Shown here: one piece after another, positions 12,383 through 24,036 of the stretch
Position numbering within the stretch: the stretch's first letter is position 1
Layout of the letters: each line of letters opens with the position of its first letter
Assembly: GCF_006345805.1 (NCBI RefSeq)
Contig: NC_043009.1
Location: 434,001-498,000 of the forward strand
Source: Octopus sinensis
Lineage: Eukaryota
Direction of reading: 5' to 3'
DNA: 64,000 nt
Translations under genes and position numbers: made by a program
Notes under the pieces: model-generated
What the model was told of the DNA's origin: nothing
What the model saw: the letters and a program-made list of their open reading frames with translations, nothing else
Database searches by the model: none

Positions 12383-13290
12383 GACATTGTGGAAATCAGG
12401 TGCCCAGCGAATGTTAAAATAAAGCTGAATATCAGTGAAAAAGGGAACACCTACGCTGAACTATTGAAAAATCTGCAGTTACTCTATCCAGATTACAAGT
12501 TCGGTTTTATACCTGTAATTACTGGGGCGCTGGGATAGATACCAATCTTAAAAAATTAATTCTTCTCAAAGCCTGAAAGGAGAAAGCTGATTCAAAGACT
12601 ACAGATTCAAGCCATCACTGGAACAGTAAAAATCTGTAAAACTTTCCAGAAGTTTATCAGTTAAGTATATATGAGCATGTCTAGACATGCAACTATATGC
12701 ATGAGAATACATACATAAAACAAAACATACAAATCTGCACATATACATACATACATACATACATACATATACATACATACATACATACATACATACATAC
12801 AGACAGACAGACAGACAGACAGACAGAGCTTTTGTTTTGGGTATTTATTCTCATGCATATAGTTGCATATCTAGACATGCTCATATATACTTAAATGATA
12901 AACTTCTGGATTTGGGATAGAGAAGAAAAACTGCGCAGAGTTGTGGAAATTAACTGCCCAACGGATGTTAACATAAAGCTGAAGATCAGTGAAAGAGAGA
13001 ACATCTATGCTGAACTATTGAGAAATCTGCAGTTACTCTATGCAGATTACAAGTTCAGGTTTATACCTGTAATTAATTGGGCCCTGGATATGTAACACAC
13101 TGCCTAAATGCCAATCTCAAAACCAGAAAGGGGAAAGCTAATTCGAAGGCTACAAATCCAATCCATCACGGGAACTGTAAAAATATGTAAAACTTTCCAG
13201 AAGTTTATCATTTAAATATATGTGAGCATGTCTAGATATGTAACTCTATGCATGAGAATACGTACATAAAACATACAAATCTGCACATAC
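12383..13290 (+). mobile_element. Two short R4/Dong-type RLE 3' fragments (12383-12742, 12911-13290) with an inverted 3'-end copy (12830-12910), in (CATA)n
   Basis: VEIxCPxxVxIKLxISExxNxYAELLxNLQLLYxDYKFxFIPVI in both fragments. 12830-12910 is the reverse complement of about 12648-12725. (CATA)n follows each copy. Confidence 0.85.
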
Positions 13291-13492
13291 ATACGTACGT
13301 ACGTACATACATACATACATACATACATACATACATACATACATACATACATACATACATACATACATACATACATACATGCATACATACATACATAAAA
13401 TATCTTGTTGCTGATGTTCAAATTCCAGTGAAGGAACTTTGGATCTGTGTTAGAAACCTGTGTGGCAAAAAGTGAAAATAAAGCGTTCATTG

Positions 13493-13545
<53 letters not shown>

Positions 13546-14220
13546 TGCAACTGAAGGTCTTGTCGAAATTTCCAAAGTGTTTTTATTTCTACAAACTGAA
13601 ACTTGAGAGGGCATTTGGGATTTATTTTGCAGAATCATAATCTCCGTATTTTTCCGCATATTTTGCAAAAAAAAAAAAAAAAAAATTCTTAAAAGAGTCA
13701 AAAATGAAGAAATTCAAGGGGCGAGGGCGGAATTTAAATTTTGAAATGCCGATTTTTGCCAATTGTTTTTTTTTTTTTTCATATTCGTAATCTCCATAGC
13801 CAAAAATTGCATAGGTTCGTTAGGGGTAGAAATTGAATTCGACGTACTACCAACGATCGTGGAGCTTGAAGATTTGATACCTTTAATGAAATTTTCAAAC
13901 AAAGAGTAAAGTAAGTGAAACTTTTATTTCGCTCATATTCTTTCATACATTTTTTTTTACATATAAACTTCATGTGGCCAAGAAGTCGATTATATCGGAT
14001 TTTTCCAAATTTCCCCCCACCCACTACACAGTATTCGCGATAAAATAATGAAAAAAATAAATGTGATCGATCTAATCATCTTTCTGCAAAGATTTATATC
14101 AGAGAAATTCACGCAATCCGATTTTCGGAAAGTCTCCCCACCCCGCCCCCCTTTCCTTTGTCCGCATGTTTGCCGACTGTGACAGAAAGTGAAATGTCAG
14201 TATAAAATTAATATTCTTAC

Positions 14221-14901
14221 CTATGCCCGTGGTTTGTAAAGCTCACCAGCATCCTGTATGACCGTTTGGAATAGATCCCTCCCTCCGTGAGCAGACCTCC
14301 ACATGTATTCACACAGATGCGTCGACAATTTTTCGTGTCTAGTGTAAGTCTCTGACATTTGACGTTTGATCTGCCACCACAGACTTTCGACAGTGTTTGT
14401 GTGCGCTCCGGTGAGAGGATCCACGAAGTTGTATTTGTGATTTACAGTCAGATGCTGGAAACCAACAGCTCCAAGGCTGTCGTATGCTTTCCAGCAATCA
14501 CTGATTATTGTCATCCCAGGCTTTATATGATGTAACATAATCGGTTCTAGCATTGTCCTGTCCCGCTTATTTTCCGGCAACGCAATTTTAAAAGTTTCTT
14601 TTGTTTCCCGGCATACACCTCCGAACACCCACTGCCCTTCGACAAATCTTCCGCGTCGATACTTTGTTTCACCAAATTCCGATTCATCGATTTCAACTGT
14701 AAATCCTGTGCTGCCAATAGGTTGGTCCGACCACTGGCAAATTTCACGACAGTACAAAAAATAGTCTGCTACGGTTTCTGCTGACGTTACTAGCACGTTG
14801 CCATTGTCCGAGTCACTTTCAGCCGAAGAAATATTCATTTCATGGACCGTTTGATGATAAGGTAACTCATAGATAAAGCAATAAACTAGTAGCATACTCA
14901 T
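14221..14901 (-). mobile_element. Merlin/IS1595 (ISXO2-like) DDE transposase, 5'-interrupted
   Basis: 226-aa open frame with VEIDES, GQWVFGGVCRET, IISDCWKAY, H.TVNH..NFVDP.TGAHTNTVESLW, the DDE_Tnp_IS1595 signature. Confidence 0.92.
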
Positions 14902-15955
14902 TATTTACATTCGACTGTCTTCATCTTGTTTGTTATTAACACGTTTCGGCTGATATACCCTTCAGACTTCATCAGGTGTCTTGGGGAAATTTCGAACCTG
15001 AGTGAATTTTAGGGCTTATAAATCTAATATTTTTCTATCCTTCCTTAATACCAGTTCCCATATGCTACTCCTATCTGCACTCGGTCTGATTAGGAGGTTG
15101 TTGTGTCCTAGCATATGTACTGCTTCTTTTGGTTTCCGTATTTTCCAGTGATGTTCTCTGTCTATTATTTTAACTTCGTCCCACAGAGGGAGGTGGTCTC
15201 CATTTTTCCATACTTGATCAGCTATAGCCGATTTATCAATATCTCCTCGTATCACAGCTTTGCGATGTTCGTCTACACTTATTTTGAGGGGGCGGCATGT
15301 TTCGCCTTTGTATAACCTACCACAGCTGCATGGGATGGAGTACACGCAGTCTTTGGTCATATTCTCTTCTATTGGTGGTTTTGCATGAAGGAGATATTTG
15401 CGAAGTGTTGTATTACTCTTGAATACTGTCCTGATGTCATACGGGCCGCATACCTTTTGTATCTTTTCGGAGAGGCCTTTCACATAGGGTAGACAGACTG
15501 CGGACAGTTTATTGGTTTCATCCTCTCTTTTCTTTATAATTGGAGGGGATAGTATGTTTTGGGGGTAATTGTTGTTTAATAGTTCGTTATTGAGCTTGAT
15601 CATTTCTTCGTGGTGTTATCACGATCGCTACTTATAGTCTTTGCTCGATGTTTTAGGCACTGAGCAATCCCTCTCTTTATTCTGTATGGAGGGCTTTATT
15701 GAGTTCACATGATCTAACAGCACTTGGACATCTTCCTGGTGGGGCCAGAGTATAAAGGTGTCATCAACATATCGTAGCCATAGAGCTGGTTTTAGTGGTG
15801 TTGATCCTAAAGCCAAATTCTCAAAGTATTCCATGTATATATTGGCTATTACCGGTAATAATAGCGAACCCATAGCTAAACCCTCCTCTTGTCAATATAT
15901 ATCAGTGTCCATACTGAAGTAGGTAGTTTCTGCACACAAGGTCAACATTTCCATG
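14901..15955 (-). mobile_element. Penelope-like element fragment (RT core plus GIY-YIG plus 3' pLTR), decayed
   Basis: GLAMGS...IANIYMEYFE...WLRYVDDTFILWPH (RT) and CVYSIPCSCGRLYKGET...SAIADQV (GIY-YIG). Confidence 0.9.
14941..14980 (-). ncRNA. Degenerate minimal hammerhead ribozyme motif in the PLE 3' repeat
   Basis: Minus strand GACAC-CTGATGA-AGTCTG(AAGGGTATAT)CAGCC-GAAA-CGTGTT. The cleavage triplet and helix II are damaged. Confidence 0.55.
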
Positions 15956-16049
15956 AAGTTCGGGGCAGTGAGCCCGCAAATGAGTCGTTTCTCCACATGC
16001 GAAACAATGCAGTCTTTTGACCTCAGTCATGATGTGTATCACCATCCCA

Positions 16050-16445
16050 TAGGCGCAGGAGTGGCTGTGTGGTAAGTAGCTTGCTTACCAACCACATGGT
16101 TCTGGGTTCAGACCCACTGCGTGGCATCTTGGGCAAGTGTCCTCTACTATAGCATCGGGCCGACGAAAGCCCTGTGAGTAGACTTGGTAGACGGAAAATG
16201 AAAGAAGACTGTCGTATATATGTATGTATATATGTGTGTGTGTATGTTTGTGTGTCTGTGTTTGTACCCCTAGCATTGCTTGACAACCCATGCTGTTGTG
16301 TTTATGTCCCTGTCACTTAGCAGTTCGGCAAAATAGACAGATAGAATAAGTATTAGGCTTGCAAAGAATAAGTCCCGATGCAGATTTACTCGACTAAAGG
16401 CGGCGCTACAGTATGGCCGCAATGAAATGACTGAAACAAGTAAAA
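16050..16445 (+). mobile_element. tRNA-derived SINE, family B (near full length). Other copies at about 7810-8035, 18800-18960, 22485-23010, 24055-24400, 30940-31110, 44095-44580, 54375-54530, 56898-57310, 59715-59885, 60870-61262, 63150-63555
   Basis: GGCGCAGGAGTGGCTGTGTGGTAAG (A box), GGGTTCAGACCC (B box), CORE-like CATCTTGGGCAAGTG, tail CCAGYATGGCCGCA..TGACTGAAACAAGTAAAAGAG; more than 10 copies in the window. Confidence 0.9.
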
Positions 16446-16579
16446 GAGTAATGACAGATATTTCCAGCATGTAAAGCCACCATGTAGAAGTTTGCTCTCT
16501 TTATCTCGGGCAATACTTTGTAGATTGGTGCATGGGAGCAGTTGCCTTAAGGCATTGGCAGTTGCTTAGAGGCACCGCG

Positions 16580-17055
16580 GGTCGAGGGGTCCAATATAGA
16601 CCTATGTTGAGGGTTGCTCTCAATATATAAATAATATGTGGCCCAGTAAACTGATTTGCTCAGGAGCCTTGGGTCTAGGGATCCAATTCAGACCTATGTA
16701 TGTTGTGGCTTGCTCTCAAAATATAAATAATATAGGACACAGTGAACCTATTTGCTCGGGGTCTTCGGGCCTAGGGGTCTAATTCAGACCTATGTATGAT
16801 GTGGCTTGCTCTCAATATATAAATAATATAGGACACAGTGAAATGATTTGCTCAAAAACCTTGGGTCTAGGGTTCCAATTCAGACCTATGTATGTTGTGA
16901 TTTGCTCTCAATATATAAATAATATAGAGCCCAGTGAACTGATTTGCTCAGGGGCCTCGGGTCTAGGGGTCCCATTCAGACCTGTGTATGTTAAGGCTTG
17001 TACTCAATATATAAATTATATAGGCACCAGTGAACTGATTTTCCCAGGGACCTCA
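16580..17055. repeat. 96-bp minisatellite, about 5 copies
   Basis: Unit GTCTAGGGGTCCAATTCAGACCTATGTATGTTGTGGCTTGCTCTCAATATATAAATAATATAGG...GTGAACTGATTTGCTCAGG recurs at about 16582, 16672, 16768, 16864 and 16960. Confidence 0.92.
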
Positions 17056-17279
17056 CACGTCTGATCTATGTAAGCTGTCAATAAATAAATACTGTAAGGC
17101 TTCCACAAATTTTCCGTCTACCAAATTCATTCAAAAGGCGTTCGTCGGGTCGAGGTTATGGTAGAAGACACCAGCTGAGGGTGTGCTGCGCAACAACGTG
17201 TTTACGAAACAAGCTTCTTAAGCTTACAGCCACACCTACTTGATGCGCATTATCAATGTAATGAAGAGGAATTTGTTTG

Positions 17280-17560
17280 TTCCTTCTCGAGCCACGCTTG
17301 GCTCATAAGGGCCGGTTTCTCGGCGTATGGGTTCCCCCACCTTGATGGGACACTGGTCTGTTGCAAGTGAGCTGCAAGGTGCAGGAGGAAAGAGTAAGAG
17401 AAAGTTGTGGCAAAAGAGTCAGCAGAAGTTCGCCATTACCTTCTGCCGAAGCCGCGTTGAGCTTAGGTATTTCGCTCATAAACACACAGATCGCCCGGTC
17501 TGAGATTCGAACCCGCGACCACAAGTCCGCTTCTCTAACCACTAGGCCATGTACCTCCAC
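17280..17560 (-). mobile_element. tRNA-derived SINE, family D (second copy at 55495-55790)
   Basis: Head GTGGAGG..ATGGCCTAGTGGTTAG and B box GGTTCGAATC; tail ...GAAACCGGCCCYTATGAGCCA.GCGTGGCTCGAGAAGGAAC shared by both copies. Confidence 0.8.
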
Positions 17561-17896
17561 AATATAACACGGGATAGTGTAATTTAATATAGGACAATGT
17601 AGTGTAGTTTAGAAAAAGCTTGAAGTAGTTTATTTGTTTTTTAGGCGCAGGTGCGTCGTCGAGAAACTTACTTCCCAGCCATGTGGTCATGCGTTCAATC
17701 TCACCGCACGGTACCATAGGCAAGTGTTTTTTTTTATAGCCCTGGATCATACAATGCCTAGTTATGGATTTGGTCGACGGCAGCTAAAAGAAAGTGTCGT
17801 GTGTGTGAGTGTGTACATACATATACGCTAATATTGAAGAGAGAGAATGAGCGTCCAACACCGCACCGGTGAATAAATGTTCTTCATTTGTGAGTG

Positions 17897-17982
<86 letters not shown>

Positions 17983-18022
17983 GTGTGTGTGTGTGTTGTG
18001 TGTGTGTGTGTGTGTGTGTGTG

Positions 18023-18052
<30 letters not shown>

Positions 18053-18054
<2 letters not shown>

Positions 18055-18325
18055 AGGCGCAATGGCCCAGTGGTTAGGGCAGCGGACTCGCGGTCGTAGG
18101 ATCGCGGTATCGATTCCCAGACCGGGCGTTGTGAGTGTTTATTGAGCGAAAACACCTGATCTCTGCTGTATTCTTTCACCACTCTTTCTCACACTCTTTC
18201 CTCTGTTGGCCTGTTCGCTTAGCCAGCGGGGTGGCGTCATTCTAAGGCTAAAACAATGCGAACGCATTGTGATCAGCGATGTGTAACTACATCTGATGAA
18301 CTGGTCGGTCACGTGATCAAGTGAT
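18053..18325 (+). mobile_element. tRNA-derived SINE, family C, with RTE-like tail
   Basis: GGAGGCGCAATGGCCCAGTGGTTAGG (A box), GGTATCGATTCCC (B box); ends CTGGTCGGTCACGTGATCAAGTGAT. Confidence 0.85.
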
Positions 18326-18484
18326 ATATATATATATATATACATAGACATAGGCACGTTTGTCTTTATGCTTGTGTTTGTCCCCCGTCACTGCTTGACT
18401 ATCAATGCTGGTTTGTTTCCGTCCTTGTAGATTAAAGGTTCGGCAAAAGAAACCTACAGAAGCTATACTAGGGCTACAAAGTGA

Positions 18485-18537
<53 letters not shown>

Positions 18538-18544
18538 TATATAT

Positions 18545-18592
<48 letters not shown>

Positions 18593-18757
18593 AATAAATA
18601 AATAAATAAATAAATACATAAATTCGCCTAGAACTTCTTCAGTCGATGCTGCAGCTTAGCTACAGGTCAATGATTACAAAGAAGTAAAATATGTGTGTGT
18701 GTGTGTGTGTGTATCATATATGTATATACATGTATATGTATATATGATATATATATA

Positions 18758-18800
<43 letters not shown>

Positions 18801-19057
18801 GCGTCGTGATTCTTTCAGCTTCCGTCTAACAAATCCACTCACAAGGATTTGGTCGGCCCGAGGCTATAGTAGAACGCACTTGCCCAAGGTGCCACGCAGT
18901 GGGACTGAACCCGGAACCATGTGGTTGGGAATCAAGCTTTTTACCACTCAACCACTCTGCGCATATTTATATACATATATACATATATATTTCTTCTGCT
19001 TCTCCTTCTTCTTCTTCTTCTTATATATATATACATATATACATAATTACACGTACA

Positions 19058-19132
<75 letters not shown>

Positions 19133-19218
19133 AAGTAAGATTGGGTGGTACCGCACAAGTGAAAATATATAGGAAAGATGATTTGAAGATGTTTCACATT
19201 TTCAAATCCCCTTCCCTG

Positions 19219-19249
<31 letters not shown>

Positions 19250-19886
19250 ATATATATATATATATTTGTGTGTGTGTGTGTGTGTGTGTGTGTATCAATG
19301 TGGTATGAATCATTGTTGTGTAACGCAGTACAATGCAATGCTTTCTGCTTTCTGACCAAAACGTATTTTCGCGATGCAACTCGTTCTGTAGTTACTGTTT
19401 GATGTTTTGTTTGTTTTAATTTGTTTTGTTTTGTTATGCCTTTGTTTTTTTTTTTCTTTCTCTCAGTTTATTTTTAGTACTGAAGTTTGGTCTGTCTCTA
19501 TCTCTGTCTGGTACCATGTGTGTATAAAAACATCGGCAGTCTGTGGCTTGCTGTATCTGTGTCAAGAACTCCATGGGTTGTGTTTTTCTTTCCTCTTCTT
19601 TTTCTTTTACTGTTTTTTTTTTCTTTTTTGTCGATTTTGGTATTGCAGTTGTTGTTTTTGCGGCTGCTTCTACTGTTACTACGGCTGCTACCGTGGCTGA
19701 GGCTGTTGTTCTTTTCTCCTTCTACTACTACTACTACTACCATTACTATTGCTGCTGCTACGGCTACTTCTACTACTACAATTACTACTACTTCTGTTCT
19801 TATACACAGATACACACACACACACATTCGTTTGAGCAATACAAACCATCCAAGTGACGCAGCTATTGGCGTGGAGTGTATGTGTG

Positions 19887-19923
<37 letters not shown>

Positions 19924-20069
19924 ACCTCTTTTTCTCCCTTTCCCGCTTTCTCCCTATCCCTCCCTCCCTCCATCACTCTCCCTATTTCTTTCTCTCCCAA
20001 CCTCTCTCCCCCCCACCCTCTCCCCCTCTTCTCTCTCTCTCTCTCTGTGCGCGTGAGTGTGAACACACT

Positions 20070-20680
20070 TTTCTATTCTAGGCACAAGGCCCAAATTTTG
20101 GGTGGAGAAGGGAGCCAGCCGATTAGATCGATCCCAGTAAATAATTGGTACTTAATTTATCAACTCCGAAAGGATGAAAGGCAAATTCGACCTCGGCAAA
20201 ACGCAAAGTCAGACGGAATACCTATTTCTTTACTGCCCACAAGGAGCTACACACAGAGGGGACAAACAAGGACAGACAAACGGATTAAGTCGATTACATC
20301 TACCTCAGTGCGTAACTGGTACTTATTTAATCGACCCCGAAAGGATGAAAGGCAAAGTCAACCTCGGCGGAATTTGAACTCAGAAAGAAAAGTCAGACGA
20401 AATACTATTTCTATTTCTTTACTACCCACAAGGGGCCAAACACAAAGTGGACAAACAAGGACAGACAAAGGGATTTAGTCGATTACATCTACCCCAGTGC
20501 GTAACTGGTACTTAATTTATCGACCCCGAAAGGATAAAAGGCAAAGTCGACCTCGGCGGAATTTGAACTCAGAACGTAGCGGCAAACGAAATACCTATTT
20601 CTTTATTGCCCGCAAAGTCAGACGAAATACTAAGTATTTCTCCGGCGTGCTAACGTTTCTGCCAGCTCGCCGCATTTGTA
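20070..20680 (-). mobile_element. Tandem array of family-A SINEs (other arrays at 31123-31920 +, 46660-47150 -, 54535-55110 -; singles at 20880-21080, 24493-24722, 37113-37342, 61745-61950, 62020-62225)
   Basis: Repeating GGCGAGCTGGCAGAAACGTTAGCACGCCGG (A box)...GAGTTCAAATTCCGCCGAGGTCGAC (B box)...GATGTAATCGACT units joined at AAAGAAATAG|GTATTTCGTC. Confidence 0.9.
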
Positions 20681-21120
20681 CGAGAAAAAAAAAATGATAA
20701 AGCAACACCCTAAGTGCTAGCGAACTCAAAAAGTTTAACTGTTTCAAAAAGATTTAGCTCTTACAAAATGTAAAATTCCACCCTAAATAAATGCTTTGCT
20801 TACCATTAAATACTAACCAACATCACATATTATGTATTTTAATAATAACAATAATAATAATAATAATATATAATATAACATAATCCTTCCTAGTACAAGG
20901 CCTCATATTTGGGGAAAAGGGACTAAGTCGATTACATCGACCCTGGTGCGTGACTGGTACTTATTCAATCGACCCCGAAAGGATGGAAGGCAAAGTTGAC
21001 CTCCGCGGAATTCGAACTCAGAACATAAAGACAGACGAAATACTGCTAAACATACGATTCTGCCAGGTCGTCGCCTTATAATGTAACACAATACAATATA
21101 ACATTATATATATATATATT

Positions 21121-22147
21121 ACGATGGCCATCCTTGCTAGTTATGCAGATGGCACAAAAGTCTCCCACACAATACAAAACCCTGAAAATATTGCGCATCT
21201 GCAACAGGAGTTGGATACAATATACAGGTGGGCTGAGGACAACAACATGCAGTTTAATGCAGGTAAGTTCCAGGCCCTGCGCTACCGACACACAAAGGTA
21301 AACGACGTGCAGACTGGATACACTGGCTCAGGAAGAATTGCAATCCCTGAGTCAAAATCAGTGCGTGACCTGGGCATTGACATGAGCAATGATGCATCTT
21401 TCCAAGTGCATATTACTAATCTGGTGATAAAATGCAGACGGCTAGTTGGATGGATTCTCCGAACTTTCAGAACAAGAGAGAAGGTCCTCTGGAAAACATT
21501 CGTCCTCAGCCGCTTGGACTACTGCTCCCAACTATGGTTACCACACAATATAAAACTAACAGCAGAACTCGAAGCAATTCGAAGAAGCTACACAAAGAAG
21601 ATCGTCTCAATGCAAAATATCAGCTACTGGGAAAGACTGAAAGTATTAAACCTCTTCTCCCTAGAGCGAAGGCGGGAGAGATATGCGGTGATTTACATCT
21701 GGAAAATCCTAGAGGGTCTTGTCCCAAACTTTGGCATTCAAAGTTACCCCAACCTCGGCAAAACGCAGAACGGGGCGCAACTGCATGGTGCCAAAGATTC
21801 CAACATCACCAGATACTGCAACAGCTTGGGTTTCAGAGGTCCAGATACTGCAACAGCTTGGGTTTCAGAGGACCACAGCTCTTTAACATCCTCCCTAAAT
21901 GCCTGAGAGACTTGCATGGTGTGGATGTGAGTTTCTTTAAAACTAAACTGGATCTCTTCTTGTCGGGGGTCCCAGATGAACCTACTTCACGACAGGAGAC
22001 ACAGATGCTGGCAGCGGCATCGAACTCCCTTGTTGATCAAGTGCCATGTATCAGAGCTGGATTCACATATTAGTGTAGCTCATTCAGCGGTGGTGCCCCA
22101 GCATGGCCGCGGCCTTCGGGCTAAAACATTTTAAAGGATTTAAGGAT
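21121..22147 (+). mobile_element. 5'-truncated CR1/L2-group LINE (RT C-terminus plus 3' UTR)
   Basis: YADGTK...MQFNAGKF...LDYCSQLW...SLERRRERY. Internal 32-bp tandem duplication at 21809-21872. Ends TTAAAGGATTTAAGGAT between (TA)n tracts. Confidence 0.9.
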
Positions 22148-22220
22148 GTATATATATATATATATATACATATACACTCACATACATATATACATGTGCG
22201 TGTGTATACGGACAGAAAGT

Positions 22221-22273
<53 letters not shown>

Positions 22274-22443
22274 GGTGGTGGTGGTGGTTGTAGTAGTAGC
22301 AGCAGCAGCATACGTGTTCTTGATGGTCACGAGTGAACAACATTCACGCACGCACTCACATACATATATAAATATATATATGTAAGCAGATACTCACACA
22401 CACACACACACATATATATTGCATACATGTGTGTGAGTGTGTG

Positions 22444-22475
<32 letters not shown>

Positions 22476-22667
22476 CGTATGTGTGTGCAGGCGCCGATGT
22501 GGTCGTGTGGTAAGAAGCTTGCTTTCCAATCACATGGCCTCGAGTTCAGCCCCGCTACGTGGCACCTTGAGAGTGTTTCCACTAATCTGGCCCCAGGCCG
22601 ACCGAAACCTTGTGAGTGGATTTGGTATTCGGGAACTGAAAGAAGCCCGTCATTTATATAATATATG

Positions 22668-22747
<80 letters not shown>

Positions 22748-23276
22748 TGTATATCTACGTGAGTGTGTCTTTGTGTTTTTGTGTGTTTGCCCCCCCCCCA
22801 CTGCTTGACAACAGCTGTTGGCGTGCTTACATCCCCGTAACTTAGCGGTTCGGCAAAATATTCTGATAGAACAAGTACCAGCCCCGTAGAAAAAAGAAAA
22901 AAAAAGAGAAAAGAAAAGGTATTAATGTCGATTTATTCAATTAAAAATTCCTCAAGGCGGTGCCCCAGCATGGCCGCAGTCTAATGACTGAAACAAGTAA
23001 AAGATACATAATTATGATTGTACACAGTTATTAGAGAAATCTATAAGATATATTAGGAGATGATGTGTGAATAAATATGTTTATATTAAGCCCACATCTA
23101 ACTCAAAAATACAGGGAAAAGTAGCAGTTGGAACTTGTCAGTGGAACTGAGTGTATTTGCTTCGTTTTAAACACTGTAGCAATTCAGTTCTATATTTAAG
23201 AGATGAGGAATTATGTACATTATTTACATTATTTACATTACACGGATATTTGTCCTCATTTTGTTTGTTGTTACGA

Positions 23277-23350
23277 GCATATGGCATAGTGGTTAAGAGC
23301 GCGGCCTACTAACCCCAAGATTCTGAGTTCGATTCCAAGCAGTGACCTGA
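23277..23350 (+). mobile_element. Short tRNA-like SINE/tRNA pseudogene followed by (AAT)n
   Basis: TGGCATAGTGGTTAAG (A box) and GAGTTCGATTCC (B box). No convincing acceptor stem; runs directly into (AAT)n. Confidence 0.6.
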
Positions 23351-23352
23351 AC

Positions 23353-23417
<65 letters not shown>

Positions 23418-23419
<2 letters not shown>

Positions 23420-23972
23420 GCCCTGATGCAGTACCAGACAGTGGCTCTCGTGGCTTCTGATCTTAAGTGATTGGAAGTGTTATCATGTACATTATTTTGT
23501 CTTGGTATAAAAGATGGGCTACAGCAAATATTCTGCTCAATATCACAGATTTGCTTGTCAGTTGTTTGACCTTAACCAGTTGAGCATGTCCCTTAGTGGC
23601 TGACGATATGTGCATCTCTGATCACGAGCAGAAGTAGTGGGGGAGCATCGTAGCCGTGTGTTGAAAGGAATTCTTAGAGGTTTGGATAATTCACGTTTGG
23701 AAACATGGGTGTTTCGTTCAAGATCCTTAAACAATCCTTATTCAGGGACATTTTGAGCGGGATGGGCTACTCGACCAGAAAATTCTAACTGGGCCCCACC
23801 TGTAAGGTCATGCGCTGTTTAACTCGTTATGAGATCACCATGTCGCGCACATATGGTTGTGATGCATGTGCCAGGTGTACCTTTATCAGACGGGTAGTCA
23901 TGATGGGTATATTGGGCTTCGTATATTTTACCCCAGTGTCACTTTGATGGCATGCACTGCTCTCTCACTCAA
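23418..23972. other. About 550-bp GC-richer segment bracketed by (AAT)n on both sides; probable non-autonomous (AAT)n-targeting retroelement
   Basis: Sharp compositional boundaries and the same microsatellite on both flanks. Single copy in the window, so repeat status is not demonstrated here. Confidence 0.4.
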
Positions 23973-24003
23973 TAATAATGATAATAATAATAATAATAAT
24001 AAT

Positions 24004-24036
<33 letters not shown>

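Noticed and set aside
13835-13850. GGTAGTACG (minus strand) as a Merlin TIR
   Set aside because: Orientation is wrong for the adjacent transposase and no matching partner was found.
16580-17055. Regularly spaced repeats resembling a CRISPR array
   Set aside because: Whole units repeat with no unique spacers, the context is eukaryotic, and there are no cas genes.
23277-23350. Functional tRNA gene
   Set aside because: A and B boxes only; cloverleaf and acceptor stem are not convincing and there is no poly-T terminator.
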